Source: Octopus vulgaris (lineage: Eukaryota). Taken from it: DNA of 64,000 nucleotides. The stretch covers positions 53,506,001 through 53,570,000 of the forward strand of contig OX597821.1 in assembly GCA_951406725.2 (NCBI GenBank), written 5' to 3'. Shown one piece after another: positions 1 through 12,690 of the stretch. Position 1 is the stretch's first letter, and each line of letters opens with the position of its first letter. Both the position numbers and the translations under genes were made by a program. Under the pieces are notes generated by a model. The model made no database searches. It saw only the letters and a list, made by a program, of their open reading frames with translations, and was not told where the DNA came from.

Positions 1-75
1 AAAATGCTGCTTATTCTAGACACTGTTAGAAAGCCAAACTTAGTTGGTTAAAATATCAATACTATGTATCAGCAT

Positions 76-222
76 GATGATGATGATCATCATCATAATC
101 ATAATTATCATAATCATCATGATCATTGTCATCACCATCATCATGAAGTGGTAGACTGTGTTGATGACCATGACGATGACAACAATGATGATGTTACTGA
201 TGATGATGATAATGACGATGAT
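76..222. repeat. Compound (GAT)n/(CAT)n trinucleotide microsatellite
   Basis: Direct reading; explains the His/Asp-rich ORF 64..249. Confidence 0.85.
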
Positions 223-3169
223 TCATTCTCATTTCGATGTCAGGATTAATCGTACGTGATAATGTTTATAACATTTCCGTTTACTTGGCGTTCATCCATC
301 TAAAGACGTTCTTCCTAATTTATTCCATTCTACATGTTGTCTAATATTTCTAGTCCACTATGATTTGGCCTAGAAGCTAGTGATGCGTAATGTTTCATGT
401 AATATTCACTTGAATTGAAAGTTCCCCTTCCTCATCGAAAAAAATACAATTTTGTTTATTTGGTTTCGTGATATAAATTAGGATGGTTTTCTAAGCTCTG
501 CCAAAGATTCGTAATTGCTCATACAATCGTAAGAACGCTGTCCTGACATACTACGTGCCTTTGACATTTCTGGATCTGGCTGTGCCCACACCTCTTGAGT
601 TTTGAGCGTACGAGTTTTTTTCTCCAAAAAGTGAAAATGCCAAGAATAATGCTACGGAAATCTGACCGGTTAGATTTGAACCTTGAGCATATAGAATTGC
701 AATGGTTACTACAAAGTAATAATACTTCTACTTTAATGGCACTACCATTTGTGCACCTCACCAAATAAGCAGTTGAATTGCCAATAGAGAAACTCAAATG
801 AATTGGTATTAATATATTTTATTATTGACCTAATACTACAACTACTTCATAGCATCACATTCCTACAAGATTTAACGCTTGTTTTTATTGTGGTATGTAT
901 TAATTTTCTATATTTACTGTCTAGACACCCTGAAATTGGCTTCCAATTCTTTTTTCTGAATATACAAATATCTTCATATATCTTACTAGAAGAGGCAAGC
1001 TGTATCGAATACTGATGCTTTAAGTTGATTTGGTACTTAAAATGAAAAGGAAATCGTTTGAATAATTTTGTTTATCCATTCAAAACATATTTATATAATT
1101 CTTCAAAGCAGAATATATTATGACGAACACATTATGAAGGACACACATCTTTCCATCTGAATGTATTAGTACTTCCTGTATTTCAGGAATTTAAGTGCGA
1201 TATACAGGATGTTTATTGAAGAAAATCAATAAGTGGAAGGTGGCTGCTAGAGCAAATCATTTGCTTAGATTAATCTTTATGTTTTGCAAAACTTGTCAGC
1301 GGGTGAATGTAGCCGTGACAAAGTCAAAGTTGGAGGCAATAATTTCATCAAGAATCAGTAAATAGTAACAATTCCTTCAGCAAGAAGATATTGGAGATGG
1401 GTTCATAAGAAACATAACAGTAATACACACATATATAAGAAATATTTAACAAGAAATTGATGTGCGAAAACAAACTGAAATATATTTGCTTTTTGTTGAT
1501 GTACTGCACAAATCAGTGTTTCGCAACCCAACTTCGTCGCAAATCAGTATCCAAAAATAATATACTTGTTTTCTAATCTTCCTAGCGACCCACAAAACTT
1601 ATATTGCCTTTGAATCATTACTAACATTATTTTGTGTAATGAAACAATTGGAAAGCAGACTTTGTCGTTTAATTTCCGAATACATTCATGAACGAAAAAA
1701 GTAGAATCAGTAAATAAAGAATGAAAATATTTTCTAATACTTTACTGCATACAATATATCTCCTGAGCAATATTTCTATTGATTTTAAAAAAAAAACCCT
1801 CGAAATATTTGACTTCCAAATACTTGTGATAACACCTCAGGCTATTGAATTTGTACATGAGAAAAAAATCTCTCTTTTTTATGTCATACAGGATGAAGTA
1901 AAATATATTGAATGTAGCCAGCAGACAGAATAGTTTTAAGAGTGATAAATAGGTATGTATAATTTATAAACTGCTTGTTAGTGATTGATAACAATTCATA
2001 TAATATTTACATGCTAAAATGTTGCACAATAATTTGCCATTAATGCACAGTATATATTTACATTTTGGAAACTCAAACTATTCCTGAATATGTACTTGTG
2101 GCATGTTTGAATCATTTTGATTAGATTCATGTCCCAATAGCCAGTTTTTCTCTATTATTGTGTATATTATATAATGGATTTTTCTTGTGTGTATAGGGCA
2201 AGGAGAAAGTTGTCCTATGTGTATCATAGATTAGGCTGTATTCAGTAATAGAAGCGGGGTGGTTTTATAATTCTGAGTATGCAATATTACAATCTGTGCA
2301 ATTGCTCATAATTAGTAATAGACGTTGAAGTTTCCGTCGGAAAAAATAATAAATATATTTTAGATAATTAATATGGTCCATTAAAGTGTCTAGACCGTTT
2401 ATGGGAGATATTTATTTTATCTAAAATTGTTGTATAATGTAAAATTTTAAATTTTCACAACAATGGAAGCCAATTCACCAAATGCTTGGCGTGTCCGATA
2501 AAATGGCTTGTGTTGTTTTTTTCGACTCACTGCTATTTCAGTTCAAATCCATGTGAGTCAGCATTGCCACTCATCATTTCAGGGTCCATGAACACAATAC
2601 CAGTCCTAGAGAGTAGATTGGCAGAATTGTATGAGAATCAGAGGGGATGTGTTTCATAGTTGTTTCGACGTCATCTCATTTCATCTCATATCACTAATCT
2701 GCTGCTGACGGGAAGCAAGTCCTTTATGAACTAGATACCAGCGTTCTTTTTAATAGTTTTCCTTAGTTTGATCTATATTTCCTCCACTTTCTCCCTATTT
2801 ATATTTACAGACTTTCACTCGCTGTAAGTAAAAGATACCATACTGCTCGCTTGGGTCTCTCATTTGTCAGCCATTCTCCCTTTTTCTATTTTCTTTTTTC
2901 ATTTCATTTCTCTTCCATTTTCTCTTCATTTTCTCTTCACATCTTACTAACATAACTATTTTTCTTCATTGTGCATTATTTCTCCTTGCCATTGCACCAT
3001 ACTCATTTCTCCATTAGTCCCTCGTTTCCCCCGCCTATTTTCCCCATGTAAGTATGTGTTCCTCTAAATTTGAACTCATAATGTAAAGACAGGCGAAATA
3101 CCATCTAGGATTTTGCCCAACTTGCTAATAATTCTGCCATATCACCGTCTTATATGCTTTCAGTAATAA

Positions 3170-3375
3170 TGGTTTCAAATTTTGGCACGAATCCAGAAAT
3201 TGCAGGGGATGGTGAAAGTCCACTACATTCACGCTAGCTCTCATATGACACTAATTTTATCGATCCAAATAGAATGAAACGTAAAGCCGAAACTAGTGGC
3301 ATTTGAACTCACAACGTCCCTCGAAAGAACTGATGTTGAGCATTTTTCCGGCGTGATAACAATTCTACCAGCTGG
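3170..3375 (-). mobile_element. Degenerate tRNA-derived SINE (family A/B, B-type tail)
   Basis: Contains atttgaactcacaacgt, gcatttttccggcgtgataac and ggtttcaaattttggcac, matching the reverse complement of the intact copy at 44111. Confidence 0.6.
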
Positions 3376-3668
3376 TTGTTTATGCTTTTGTGTAATATTG
3401 CCTCATTATTTACGCTTCTTTGCGTAATATGCAGTATAACAGCAACCATTAGCAGAATTTTTAATCAGCTGTAAATCCCTATTTTCATCCAGTAATATAT
3501 ACTTAACAACTCGCCTATGTTTATTTGTCCCTCAATAATTACTTCTCCATCTTTTATATTCATTTTGCGCTCATTTGTATTTGTTAGAAATCTCTGGTTT
3601 TCGAGTGCTTTACACCAGGATCTTAAAACCACTGTAAATAGACATACACACAAATACACACATCTGTA

Positions 3669-3713
<45 letters not shown>

Positions 3714-3720
3714 GTAAATA

Positions 3721-3971
3721 AATGCGCCCTTTTAAAGCCTAGGCAGGCTCACGGGCCCGGTTTCCCGGTTTCTATGGCGTATGTGTTCCCTAGCTGGCCG
3801 GGACGCCAGTCCATCGCAGCGTTACTCGTTTTTGTTAGCTGGGTGGACTGGAGCAACGTGAAATGAAGTGTTTTGCTCAAGAACACAATGCGTCGCCCGG
3901 TCCAGGAATTGAAACCACAATCTTACGATCATAATGGTGACACCCTAACCGCTAAGCCATGCGCCGACCAC
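3721..3971 (-). mobile_element. tRNA-derived SINE, family C (CORE-like centre)
   Basis: Minus strand: A-box TGGCTTAGCGGTTAGG, B-box GGTTTCAATTCC, CORE-like TGTGTTCTTGAGCAAAACACTT, GCGATGGACTGGCGTCCC block. Homologous to 31607, 14890 and 60138. Confidence 0.85.
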
Positions 3972-3972
3972 T

Positions 3973-4172
3973 CGTGTACCGTTGGAGATTTTTTTCCTCC
4001 GTCTTCCCTTCTTTGGATCTTTCCTTTTCCTATGTTTCTGACGAAGAGCTCCTCTCGAAACGTTAAACCCTCCTTCTTTCCTTCCTTCCTGAGCGTTCAA
4101 TAATACTATATTTGTTCCACGTCCTCCCGTTGTTGTGCTTTCTCTTTGTGTTTTCATGTTTAGATTAACTTG
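3973..4172 (+). mobile_element. Short non-autonomous Penelope-like (pLTR-derived) element ending at (TA)n
   Basis: Pyrimidine-rich segment with a hammerhead motif at 4034-4068, directly followed by (TA)n at 4173. Confidence 0.6.
4034..4068 (+). ncRNA. Minimal type-I hammerhead ribozyme motif
   Basis: Stem I GTTT(4034-37)/AAAC(4065-68); core CTGACGA(4038-44)+A; stem II GAG/CTC; GAAA(4057-60); palindromic stem III ACGT; GUU cleavage triplet ending 4064. Confidence 0.75.
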
Positions 4173-4226
4173 ATATATATATATATACATATATATATAC
4201 ATATATATACATATATATACATATAC

Positions 4227-4306
<80 letters not shown>

Positions 4307-4350
4307 ATATACATATACATATATACATATATAGATACATATTCGTATAT
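4173..4350. repeat. (TA)n/(TACA) microsatellite
   Basis: Direct reading. Confidence 0.9.
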
Positions 4351-4499
4351 ACGTGTTTATGTGTGCGTCTGTGAGTGTGAGTTTATGTGTGTGAGTAAAA
4401 ATCATGTTATATCTCTAATAAATAGGTGCCATTGAAAACAGTTAGCAGAGTATAATGTCGGGCACCTTGTGAATATGGGTTCTTTATTGACACCTCATT

Positions 4500-4597
4500 T
4501 ATAAATTACGTATACATTAATAGAATAATAAATAATAAATTACGCATACATTAAGAGAATAATAAATAATAGATTACATATAAATTAATAGAATAAA
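4500..4597. repeat. ~34-bp tandem repeat, about 3 copies
   Basis: ataaattacgtatacattaatagaataataaata repeated with substitutions. Confidence 0.7.
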
Positions 4598-5199
4598 CTG
4601 TCGGTTTTCCAACTAGCTAATGAAAGCTTGAAAGAGAAAGTGAGAGACTTTGCAAATGAGAATGAAATACTCCGTAGTGAATATCAATGAATATTTAAAT
4701 TTGCGAGGAATTGTAGTAAAAACAAAAAATTCAACTCGAGAAATCAAAATTATCGGAAATTTCTTAGAACATGAATTTCTAAAAATATTTCCAGACGGCG
4801 AACCCCTTAATAATTGTTTTTTCTTAGTACTTTTAGTAATTGCTACATACCTAATTAATAAGCAGCTTTCTCCATTATAGTATTGATATACGACGGGAAT
4901 GGTCGACTGCGTATTACTTTTATCTTAGTCTCCTTATTCTGGCTTTACTTTCATTCTTGTAAAGTGGGAAGTGTTTGTGGATTTCTACTCTGCATGGATT
5001 CCTTGTCGGCTTATTTTGGTATTATTTCGTTTTCATCATAGCTAACCTACTTAGGTTATTAGCGAATTTTATCAGTGGCCAGCATATAAGGTTTTTTATA
5101 TGCTGACAACTGATAAAATCTATTCATTTTAATGACTTTATTCTGTATATATGTTTAGATATAACCTATTCACTTCGGGTCAGTTTATTTACCTATGTA

Positions 5200-5510
5200 T
5201 TATTCTGAGGTGGAATACAAATTTCGATGCGATCTCGAATCTGCTCTTTCCACATATATCCAGATACTTAGCGGATTTTGTGTAATTCTCTTTGTTGTCT
5301 CTGGATCCTTGCATATTGGCAAAGGGAATTGCTGGTTTCACCAACATAATTTTGTTTAGGATTGGTGGAGGTTATGCAATATATGAGATTCTGTGTCTTG
5401 CAGATCATATCTGCATTTACGTGGAAGGAGAATCCAAATTTATATTTTATATGGGAACCATTATTCGAACATTTGAAGTTGTTGTTACATGTTCTACATC
5501 TGTTATCTAT
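5200..5510 (-). pseudogene. Penelope-like element GIY-YIG endonuclease remnant
   Basis: Manual minus-strand translation 5510-5268: NRCRTC...DMICKTQNLIYCITSTNPKQNYVGETSNSL...RIQRQQ (CxxC linker plus LIY...YVGET GIY-YIG motif). After a frameshift it continues KYLDICGKSRFEI. Not in the ORF track because it has no start codon. Confidence 0.8.
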
Positions 5511-5861
5511 TCAATTCTCCAGGGAGGATTCTGACATTTCTCTCATGTGTATTTTTCTACCTCTAACCAAGTCACCAAATATTCACTACACACATACTTA
5601 AACATGTACACATATATACATACATATGCGCACAACACATTTATATACGCCTATATGAATTCAAAGTAACATACGAAACGCACTCCCAATTCAATACGAA
5701 CTTTTTTCAACTTACATAGATATAAAAGGAATACATTTTCTGTTAAAAAATTATTACAGAAGAATATCTGAAAGAATATGAAGCGGTAAATAAATAATCA
5801 TTCTGATTAGCTCCTACTTCTTAATATATAAATTCTCTATACCACTTCAAACAATATCTAT

Positions 5862-5865
<4 letters not shown>

Positions 5866-5912
<47 letters not shown>

Positions 5913-5915
5913 GTA
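5866..5915. repeat. (TAA)n microsatellite
   Basis: Direct reading. Confidence 0.9.
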
Positions 5916-5959
5916 TTTGTATTGTATATATATACACATACACATCACACATATATGCA

Positions 5960-6525
5960 TTCGCAGCCATTCCCCTTCTTCTCTCCCTTCCTCTTGCTCC
6001 TCCTCCCCCTTCCCGTCATCCACCCGCGACGATACTTCCGCTCTGACTGTCTTTCTGGCCTGGCCTTTCAAGGTAACGGACGACATTCTTCCTGCTCCCC
6101 CGTCGTTCACAAAAAATTCTGCGTTTGCAATACTTTTTTCGTTCGGCGTCAACAGCCCTTCTTATCTTGTTTTTCCCTGTCCTGTCTTTTACTTGTTTAT
6201 AATTTTGTACTGTCGTTACTGTCCTGTTTTTTTTACCATTTTTTTACCATTTTTTACCCCTCTGCGAAAAGATCTCAGAATTTTAATTGATTTGCTTTTC
6301 GCAGGAAGGAAAGTTTCTTGTCGAAGATACGTCTCGCTTTTATCCTTCGAAACGTAGAGTAGATGAAACCATAGCGACTGAAGAAGGGTTTTTTTCTTTG
6401 TGTTAATTGTCCTGTACTCCATTTTTTTGTTGTTTTTAAAAAAATGTCCAGTTCCTTTGGTTTGTGTCTATGTTTTCGTTTCTCTTTGTGTTCGACGTCC
6501 CTTTGGTGTCCTGTACTCATATATG
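5960..6525 (+). mobile_element. Pyrimidine-rich structured element between microsatellites, probably Penelope-derived
   Basis: Strong C/T strand skew, CGAAACGTAGAG hammerhead 3' half at 6348-6359, CTGAAGAAG at 6378, flanked by TA-type microsatellites. Confidence 0.45.
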
Positions 6526-6597
6526 CGTGTATATGTACATGTAGAGGTAGATACGTGCATATATGTTTATATATATGCATATGTTTTATTTCATTTA

Positions 6598-6642
<45 letters not shown>

Positions 6643-7261
6643 GTACATAATCAATGCATAATTTAACATTACTTCCATCATTCTAAGCTATTTCTATATT
6701 TGAATAACCACTGTGACTATCAACTTATAAGAAATATTTTCGCCGAATTTGAGTTTCATTGAAAGTCAGTTCAGTTTAGGAAGTGCATGAATTTTATTCC
6801 TCTGATAAGTATCAGGAAATATATTATTTAGATATCGTAACCAACAGTTTTTCTAAAAGCTGCTGCATATTCATTGTACCATGGTATAAACAACATCTCT
6901 TACATGTGATACATTTATAACATGTCACATTAATAAACTCCATAATTCATGTGTTGATGCTCAGCCCATTAATTTTCGTAACATTGCTGGACGGTAATTT
7001 ACAGTGTTATGTCAGAAAATGATGAAAGAAATTAAAACAATACTAGATAACTAATATTCTTGTTTCATAAGGAAGACATTAATCTATTGTTGTGGACCAT
7101 ATGTGTTCAGATTTTCAGGATAAGGCAGAATAAATTCCAAACTGAACAGGCGAAAAGTTGTTAAATGTTCTGTTATTAAGCGTATTTTATATATATACAT
7201 TTCGAAGATGTTTTCTGATTTTTAAATTTAGTTTGGTAGTATTATCAATACAATGTGTGAG

Positions 7262-7475
7262 ACGAAGAGCTGGCAGAGAAGTTAGCACGTCGGACAATAT
7301 TTTGCAGCTTTACTTCCTGTCTTTGATGTTCTGAGTTCAAATTCTGCCAAGGTAGACTTTATCTCCTATACCTTCGGGTCAATAAAATAAGAACTAGTTG
7401 AACACAGGGGTAGATGGGAAACAGTTAACCCTTCTCCTAAAATTAATTGTTCTTGTGACAAAATTTGAAATAATT
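7262..7475 (+). mobile_element. Degenerate SINE family A/B
   Basis: gagctggcagag...ttagcacgtcgg...gttctgagttcaaattc...cttgtgacaaaatttgaaa matches 44111. Confidence 0.7.
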
Positions 7476-8855
7476 ATTGCTAAGATGGTTAATAGAACCA
7501 TAATAAAAACCCCATTGTTGTGGCGGATTTGAACCGCTCTATCGTTTTTTCTCTTCTACCTGAGAGTGAAAAACTGAGAAATGTCGCTTGGCTGTAGACA
7601 AGAAGAATGAATATACAATTTTAGAGGCGAATACTTTCCTTCTCCTCTTTGGAAGAGTTAGCTCTCAGTCTGTTTGGCTATAATTTAAAAATATGATTTT
7701 GAAACGTAATGAATATACATCATATGTAAATTCTAAATATACAGTTATTATCCTCATAACAATTATTTTATATTCACACACAAAATGAAAGTAGCAAATA
7801 GCTATTGAGTAACTTACTTAACTGTTTTCAATTGTACTAATTCCGACAAAATATTTTCGTTAAGAAAGTGATAAATTTAGGACCACTACCGAATGAGTAA
7901 TTCAGTAATTCAGAAAAATGTGTTTCAAACTATTTCTAGGAAATTTGCTGAGATCTATTGAAATTAGTTATTTTTAAGGTGTTTAACCCCAACTCAAACT
8001 TGACCTATCAGACCAATGAGGAAATGCATTTCAGTTTTGACCGTTATATCTTCTGTGTATGAAAAGGAGTAAATTATGCACATATAATTTTTTTGAGGAC
8101 GGTACGGTTTTTGCTGACTTACCTTTTATGATATTTGTAAAGCATGGTAGCACAGAGGCAGTATTTTCTGTACTATTTGTTTTATTTGTTTACAAGGAAC
8201 TAAGGACCCTATTTGTTTGTAGAGTAATTTTCGACAAGCTACATTAGTTCCAAAGCGATATTTCCTCGTGGTCTTGATATCAATAATGAAACTGCTGTGC
8301 TATGAATAAATGCAATTTGTGTAAGGAAGGGGAGTTAAATACCATGCAAAATTTGTTGTAAAAATCGCTAAATTGTTATATAATGCACATCGACTATTTT
8401 ATGAGTTGTACCCTGAAATGCTAATAATTCAGAAATCACATATTAACCAAAGAATAGCCTCAAATAAGAATATTTTGTCTGTTCGTTGTATACGATTGGC
8501 AAATATCCATACCTTCTTTCACGTGTAACACGTTTTTGTAAAATAAAAGCAATCACTTGTATATGTCAATATCGCGATCCCACAACCAAATCGCATAATG
8601 CATACCGTAGAACACAAACAGATATATATAAGATAGTTGTTCGATATCTATTGCCCTAGTAGTAAATAATATGATACATATACGCACTCCTGCGGGTTTT
8701 TGTGTGTCTTAGTGTCTTCTTTCAATTAACTTAATTTCTGTTAGTGCATGTGTGCATGTATTGATGTGTACATATCTCTAAACATATGTAGGTGCGTACA
8801 CAGGTGTGTGTGTGTGTGAGTGTTGAAAAATAGAAAACGTATATTAAAGTATAAA

Positions 8856-9051
8856 GGTGTGGCTGTGTGGTAAGAATCTTTCTTCTCAATCACATGGTTC
8901 CGGGTTTAGCCCACAGCCTGGCACCTTGGGCTAATGTCTTCTACTATAACTTCAGGCCGACCAAAGCCCTGTGTGTTGATTTGGTAAACGGAAACTGAAA
9001 ACAGCCCGTCATGAATGTACATGTATGCATGTATGTATATATATATATATG

Positions 9052-9100
<49 letters not shown>

Positions 9101-9325
9101 CATATATATATCAGTGTGTGTGGTCTTTTTTGCAATTGTATCCACCACCGCTTGACAACCGGTGATGATGTGTTGACATCCTCGTAACTTAACGGTTTGG
9201 GAGAAATATCAATAGAATAAGTACTAAGCTTAAAAAGAAGTATTAGGGTGGATTTATTCGACTAAAATTATTCAAGGCGATACCCCAGTATGGCTGTAAT
9301 ATAATAACTAAAGCAAGTAAAAGAT
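8856..9325 (+). mobile_element. tRNA-derived SINE family D with internal (TA)n/(TG)n
   Basis: Head gtggctgtgtggtaag...ggttccgggtt; body ggccgaccaaagcc...ggaaactgaaa; internal microsatellite; tail cgcttgacaaccg...aagtaaaaga. Homologous to 9356. Confidence 0.85.
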
Positions 9326-9355
9326 AGAGATGATTTACAAATATTCATTTACAAT

Positions 9356-9521
9356 AGGCATGGGAGTGGCTGTGTGGTAAGTAGCTTGTTTATCAGCCAC
9401 ATGGTTCCGGGTTCAGTCCCACTGCGTGGCACCTTGGGGAAGTGTCTTCTACTATAGCCTCGGGCCGACCAAAGCCTTGTGAGTAGATTTGGTAGACGGA
9501 AACTGAAAGAAGCCCGTCGTA

Positions 9522-9608
<87 letters not shown>

Positions 9609-9790
9609 TTGTGTGTCTGCGCTTGTCCCCCAACATCGCTTGACAACCGATGCTGGTGTGTTTACGTCCCCATAACTTAGCGGCTCGGCAAAATAGACCG
9701 ATAGAATAAGTCCTGGGGTCGATTTGCTCGACTAAAGGCGGTGATCCAGCATGGCCACATTCACATGACTGAAACATGTAAAAAAAGTAA
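9356..9790 (+). mobile_element. SINE family D, second adjacent copy
   Basis: Same modules as 8856 with an internal (TA)n(TG)n tract. Confidence 0.9.
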
Positions 9791-11002
9791 ACTATAGATA
9801 AAACACAAACATATCAAATCCTACGAAACAAATACTAATGAAGCAAGTGCAAACATACTTAACGTATGGTGTCAATAAAATTAAATGAATTAAATCTATA
9901 GTCGGTATGAGGAGAAATAAACTGCAACTTAGTGATTAATACGAGTTAACATTTAAAAGAAACATACCCGTGCTATATTATTCCTTAATATATACGAAAA
10001 TAGAACAGTGACTACGCAGTAATATACTAAAAAAAAACTCACAAAATTTACCATTGTAAGACAATTACACATATAACAGCTTAATATCAATTATATATAA
10101 AACTTTTATACAAAACATCCACAGTTCTGATTCTCTTTTAGGAAACAATAATCAACTTGTCAATTTTCATATAATCTTTCCGAAAGTGTTTATAGCATCT
10201 GTCTATAGTCTCACCTTTATCCAATAATTTGTTACTACGCAAATATATTTACACCCGAATTATGAAGAAAAATAATAAAATAACTTATTTAAAGATATTT
10301 GTTTTTCAATATTTTGCTGTATGTTCTTTCTGGGTTCAGTTCATTTCAAAGAACAAGTAACGCTACCATCGTGCCACTCTTCCATTAGTGTTTTTCCTGC
10401 GAAAAACTTACACATTTTTACATCATGTTTCTTACGATTGCCACTTTACTGCAAGTAGTTAAATGAAGAAAGCAAAAAGTGCCTTTTCACTCTCTACCTA
10501 CATCCAGGATGGGAAAAACTATCAATCATGTGCTCAACTTGCTCTTTGTAGTTCAAATCTTTTGTATTTTCACGGTATTCCAAAGAATTCCGGACTTCAA
10601 ATTTCACTTCAGGCGTAGACTTTCGAAAGTGTCAATTTTCATCAAATTCTTCAATTTGCGCTCCAGTAATTGCACGTAAGTGTTAATTTTATTTCATCTA
10701 CAGCTAGATATTTTGACGCAAGTATTTCAAAGCAGTTATATGTTTATCGAGAGCATTCGCAATGAATAAACCAATAAATAAATAAATAAGTAAATAAATA
10801 AATAAAATAGAATAAAAAGAAATTCTCCCATTCCAGCTTTATTCGTATTAGCAGCAGAATATTTTTTAGGAATGCAAACGGACTCGCAATAAACCTTTTA
10901 AAATTACCACAAAAATTGTATTGAAATGACCATTTTTTTCTCATGAAAATACACACATCAACCCTACTACAAAATATACGAAAGCGAGTGAATAATACCC
11001 AT

Positions 11003-11062
11003 CTATATATATATATATATGCATATATATATATATATGTATGTATGTATGTATGTATATAT

Positions 11063-11120
<58 letters not shown>

Positions 11121-11138
11121 CATACATATATATATGTG

Positions 11139-11169
<31 letters not shown>

Positions 11170-11175
11170 GTATAT

Positions 11176-11252
<77 letters not shown>
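11003..11252. repeat. Compound (TA)n/(TATG)n/(GA)n microsatellite
   Basis: Direct reading. Confidence 0.9.
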
Positions 11253-12391
11253 TGTTGAATTTATATTTTACTAGTTTCTCTCAGAGGCTATGGAGTGAGG
11301 CTATGCTAGGACATCATCTTAAAGGGTTTTGCTGAAGAAATCTACCACAGTATTTCAATTTTTAATTCTGATTCATATTTTATTGGACGTCATTCATCGA
11401 ACCGCCTCTAACGTATTCATACAAAATCCAACAGTAGAATCAAGTGATGGGGTAGCAAAGACAAACGCAAAGGCACACACACAGACATACCTACACATAT
11501 GCATATATATGTTGAGTTTATTAGAAAAATTCGTTGTTTTTTTTCCAATTTTATTTTAACACGAAATATATTTGTTCGTCGTACTGTTTATAATATTTTG
11601 TTTCTCTCCTCTAGAAATTTTGTTTATCATTTTGGAAATTTGAATAGATGTATATCGAAATGGTGCTATTACTGAAAGAACATTCAGTTATCGTCAACTA
11701 AATACATTCACAAGGCTATAATAGAAAACATTTGTCCTATGTGCTACGTGTCAGATTCATGTATAGTGGTTAAGCAACTACTAGATATAGCAGTATTACA
11801 AGTTATGATCAGCAATTTCATGTTAAGCGTATTCCCTGGTTAACCGTTGTGTATAAGCGTCTTATTGCAATTGTGGATCCCAATACAGAATTCCAAACAG
11901 GCATAATGGTGCGTAAAAACATTGGGAAAATGATATACAATGGTTTCTGAGCAATCAAATAACAATGAATAAAATTTAGATACCTCAATACATCGAGTAA
12001 ATGTTAACTATTGTCATAAAGAAACTTCAGTAAAAACAGAATTTTTTTATTTGTCCCCTCCCTCCTTAAAAAATATGATGTATATATATATATTATTTTC
12101 AGGATACTTAACATTCGTAGTATTTTGATAATAAGGAAACCATGGTAGAGTCAAGGACAGCATATCCTTGTATCAACATTGTTTGCGGACATTCACGTGC
12201 TTACTAGAATGTATACGAGATTGTCCTTCCACTTATGCATACATCCACAATTGCTCACCAAATAGAGTGAGCGTATACGTAAAATCATTCAAGAGCATAA
12301 TCCTGCATGCAACCCACGGTCTAATGTAGGGTCAAAATCTAAAGCAGGAAAGGTTTTGAATGTGGTGTAGTAAAATAATAATTCAAACTCC

Positions 12392-12690
12392 CTACAGATA
12401 TTTCAGACGTCTTTTTTATTGATGAACAAATCAATTATATCATGTATAAAATCTGTTTCCTTCAGATGAATTAAAATTAAAATAAAATCTACCGTTAGGA
12501 TTTTACACACAAAGAGTACAGAATGCATGTTGACTCTCTCATCTCAACCGGAACAGAGATTAGAGAGTCAGTATGCTTTCTATAGTTTTTTCTGTGAGAA
12601 AACCCTAAATGTTGAATATATTTATTTACCTGAAGTAATTTGATTTGTTCATCAATCAATGAAAAATAAATACGCCTGAAACAGCTGTAG
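12392..12690. repeat. Degenerate inverted repeat (arms ~12392-12450 and ~12622-12690)
   Basis: ctacagatatttcagacgt...attgatgaacaaatcaatta versus taatttgatttgttcatcaat...acgcctgaaacagctgtag. The right arm ends in GAAACAGCTGTA, the hammerhead 3' half also seen at 37917-37928. Confidence 0.6.

Noticed and set aside
519-797. 92-aa minus ORF with faint piggyBac-like GNSTAYLV similarity
   Set aside because: No catalytic motif could be aligned convincingly.
1514-1990. cagtgtttcgcaacc hAT-like terminus and possible Charlie transposase traces
   Set aside because: No matching second TIR or TSD found; translation too degenerate.
3721-3971. tRNA-like A/B boxes here and at 14890, 31607, 60138 as tRNA genes
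   Set aside because: No complete cloverleaf; they continue into shared SINE bodies, two of them with clear TSDs.
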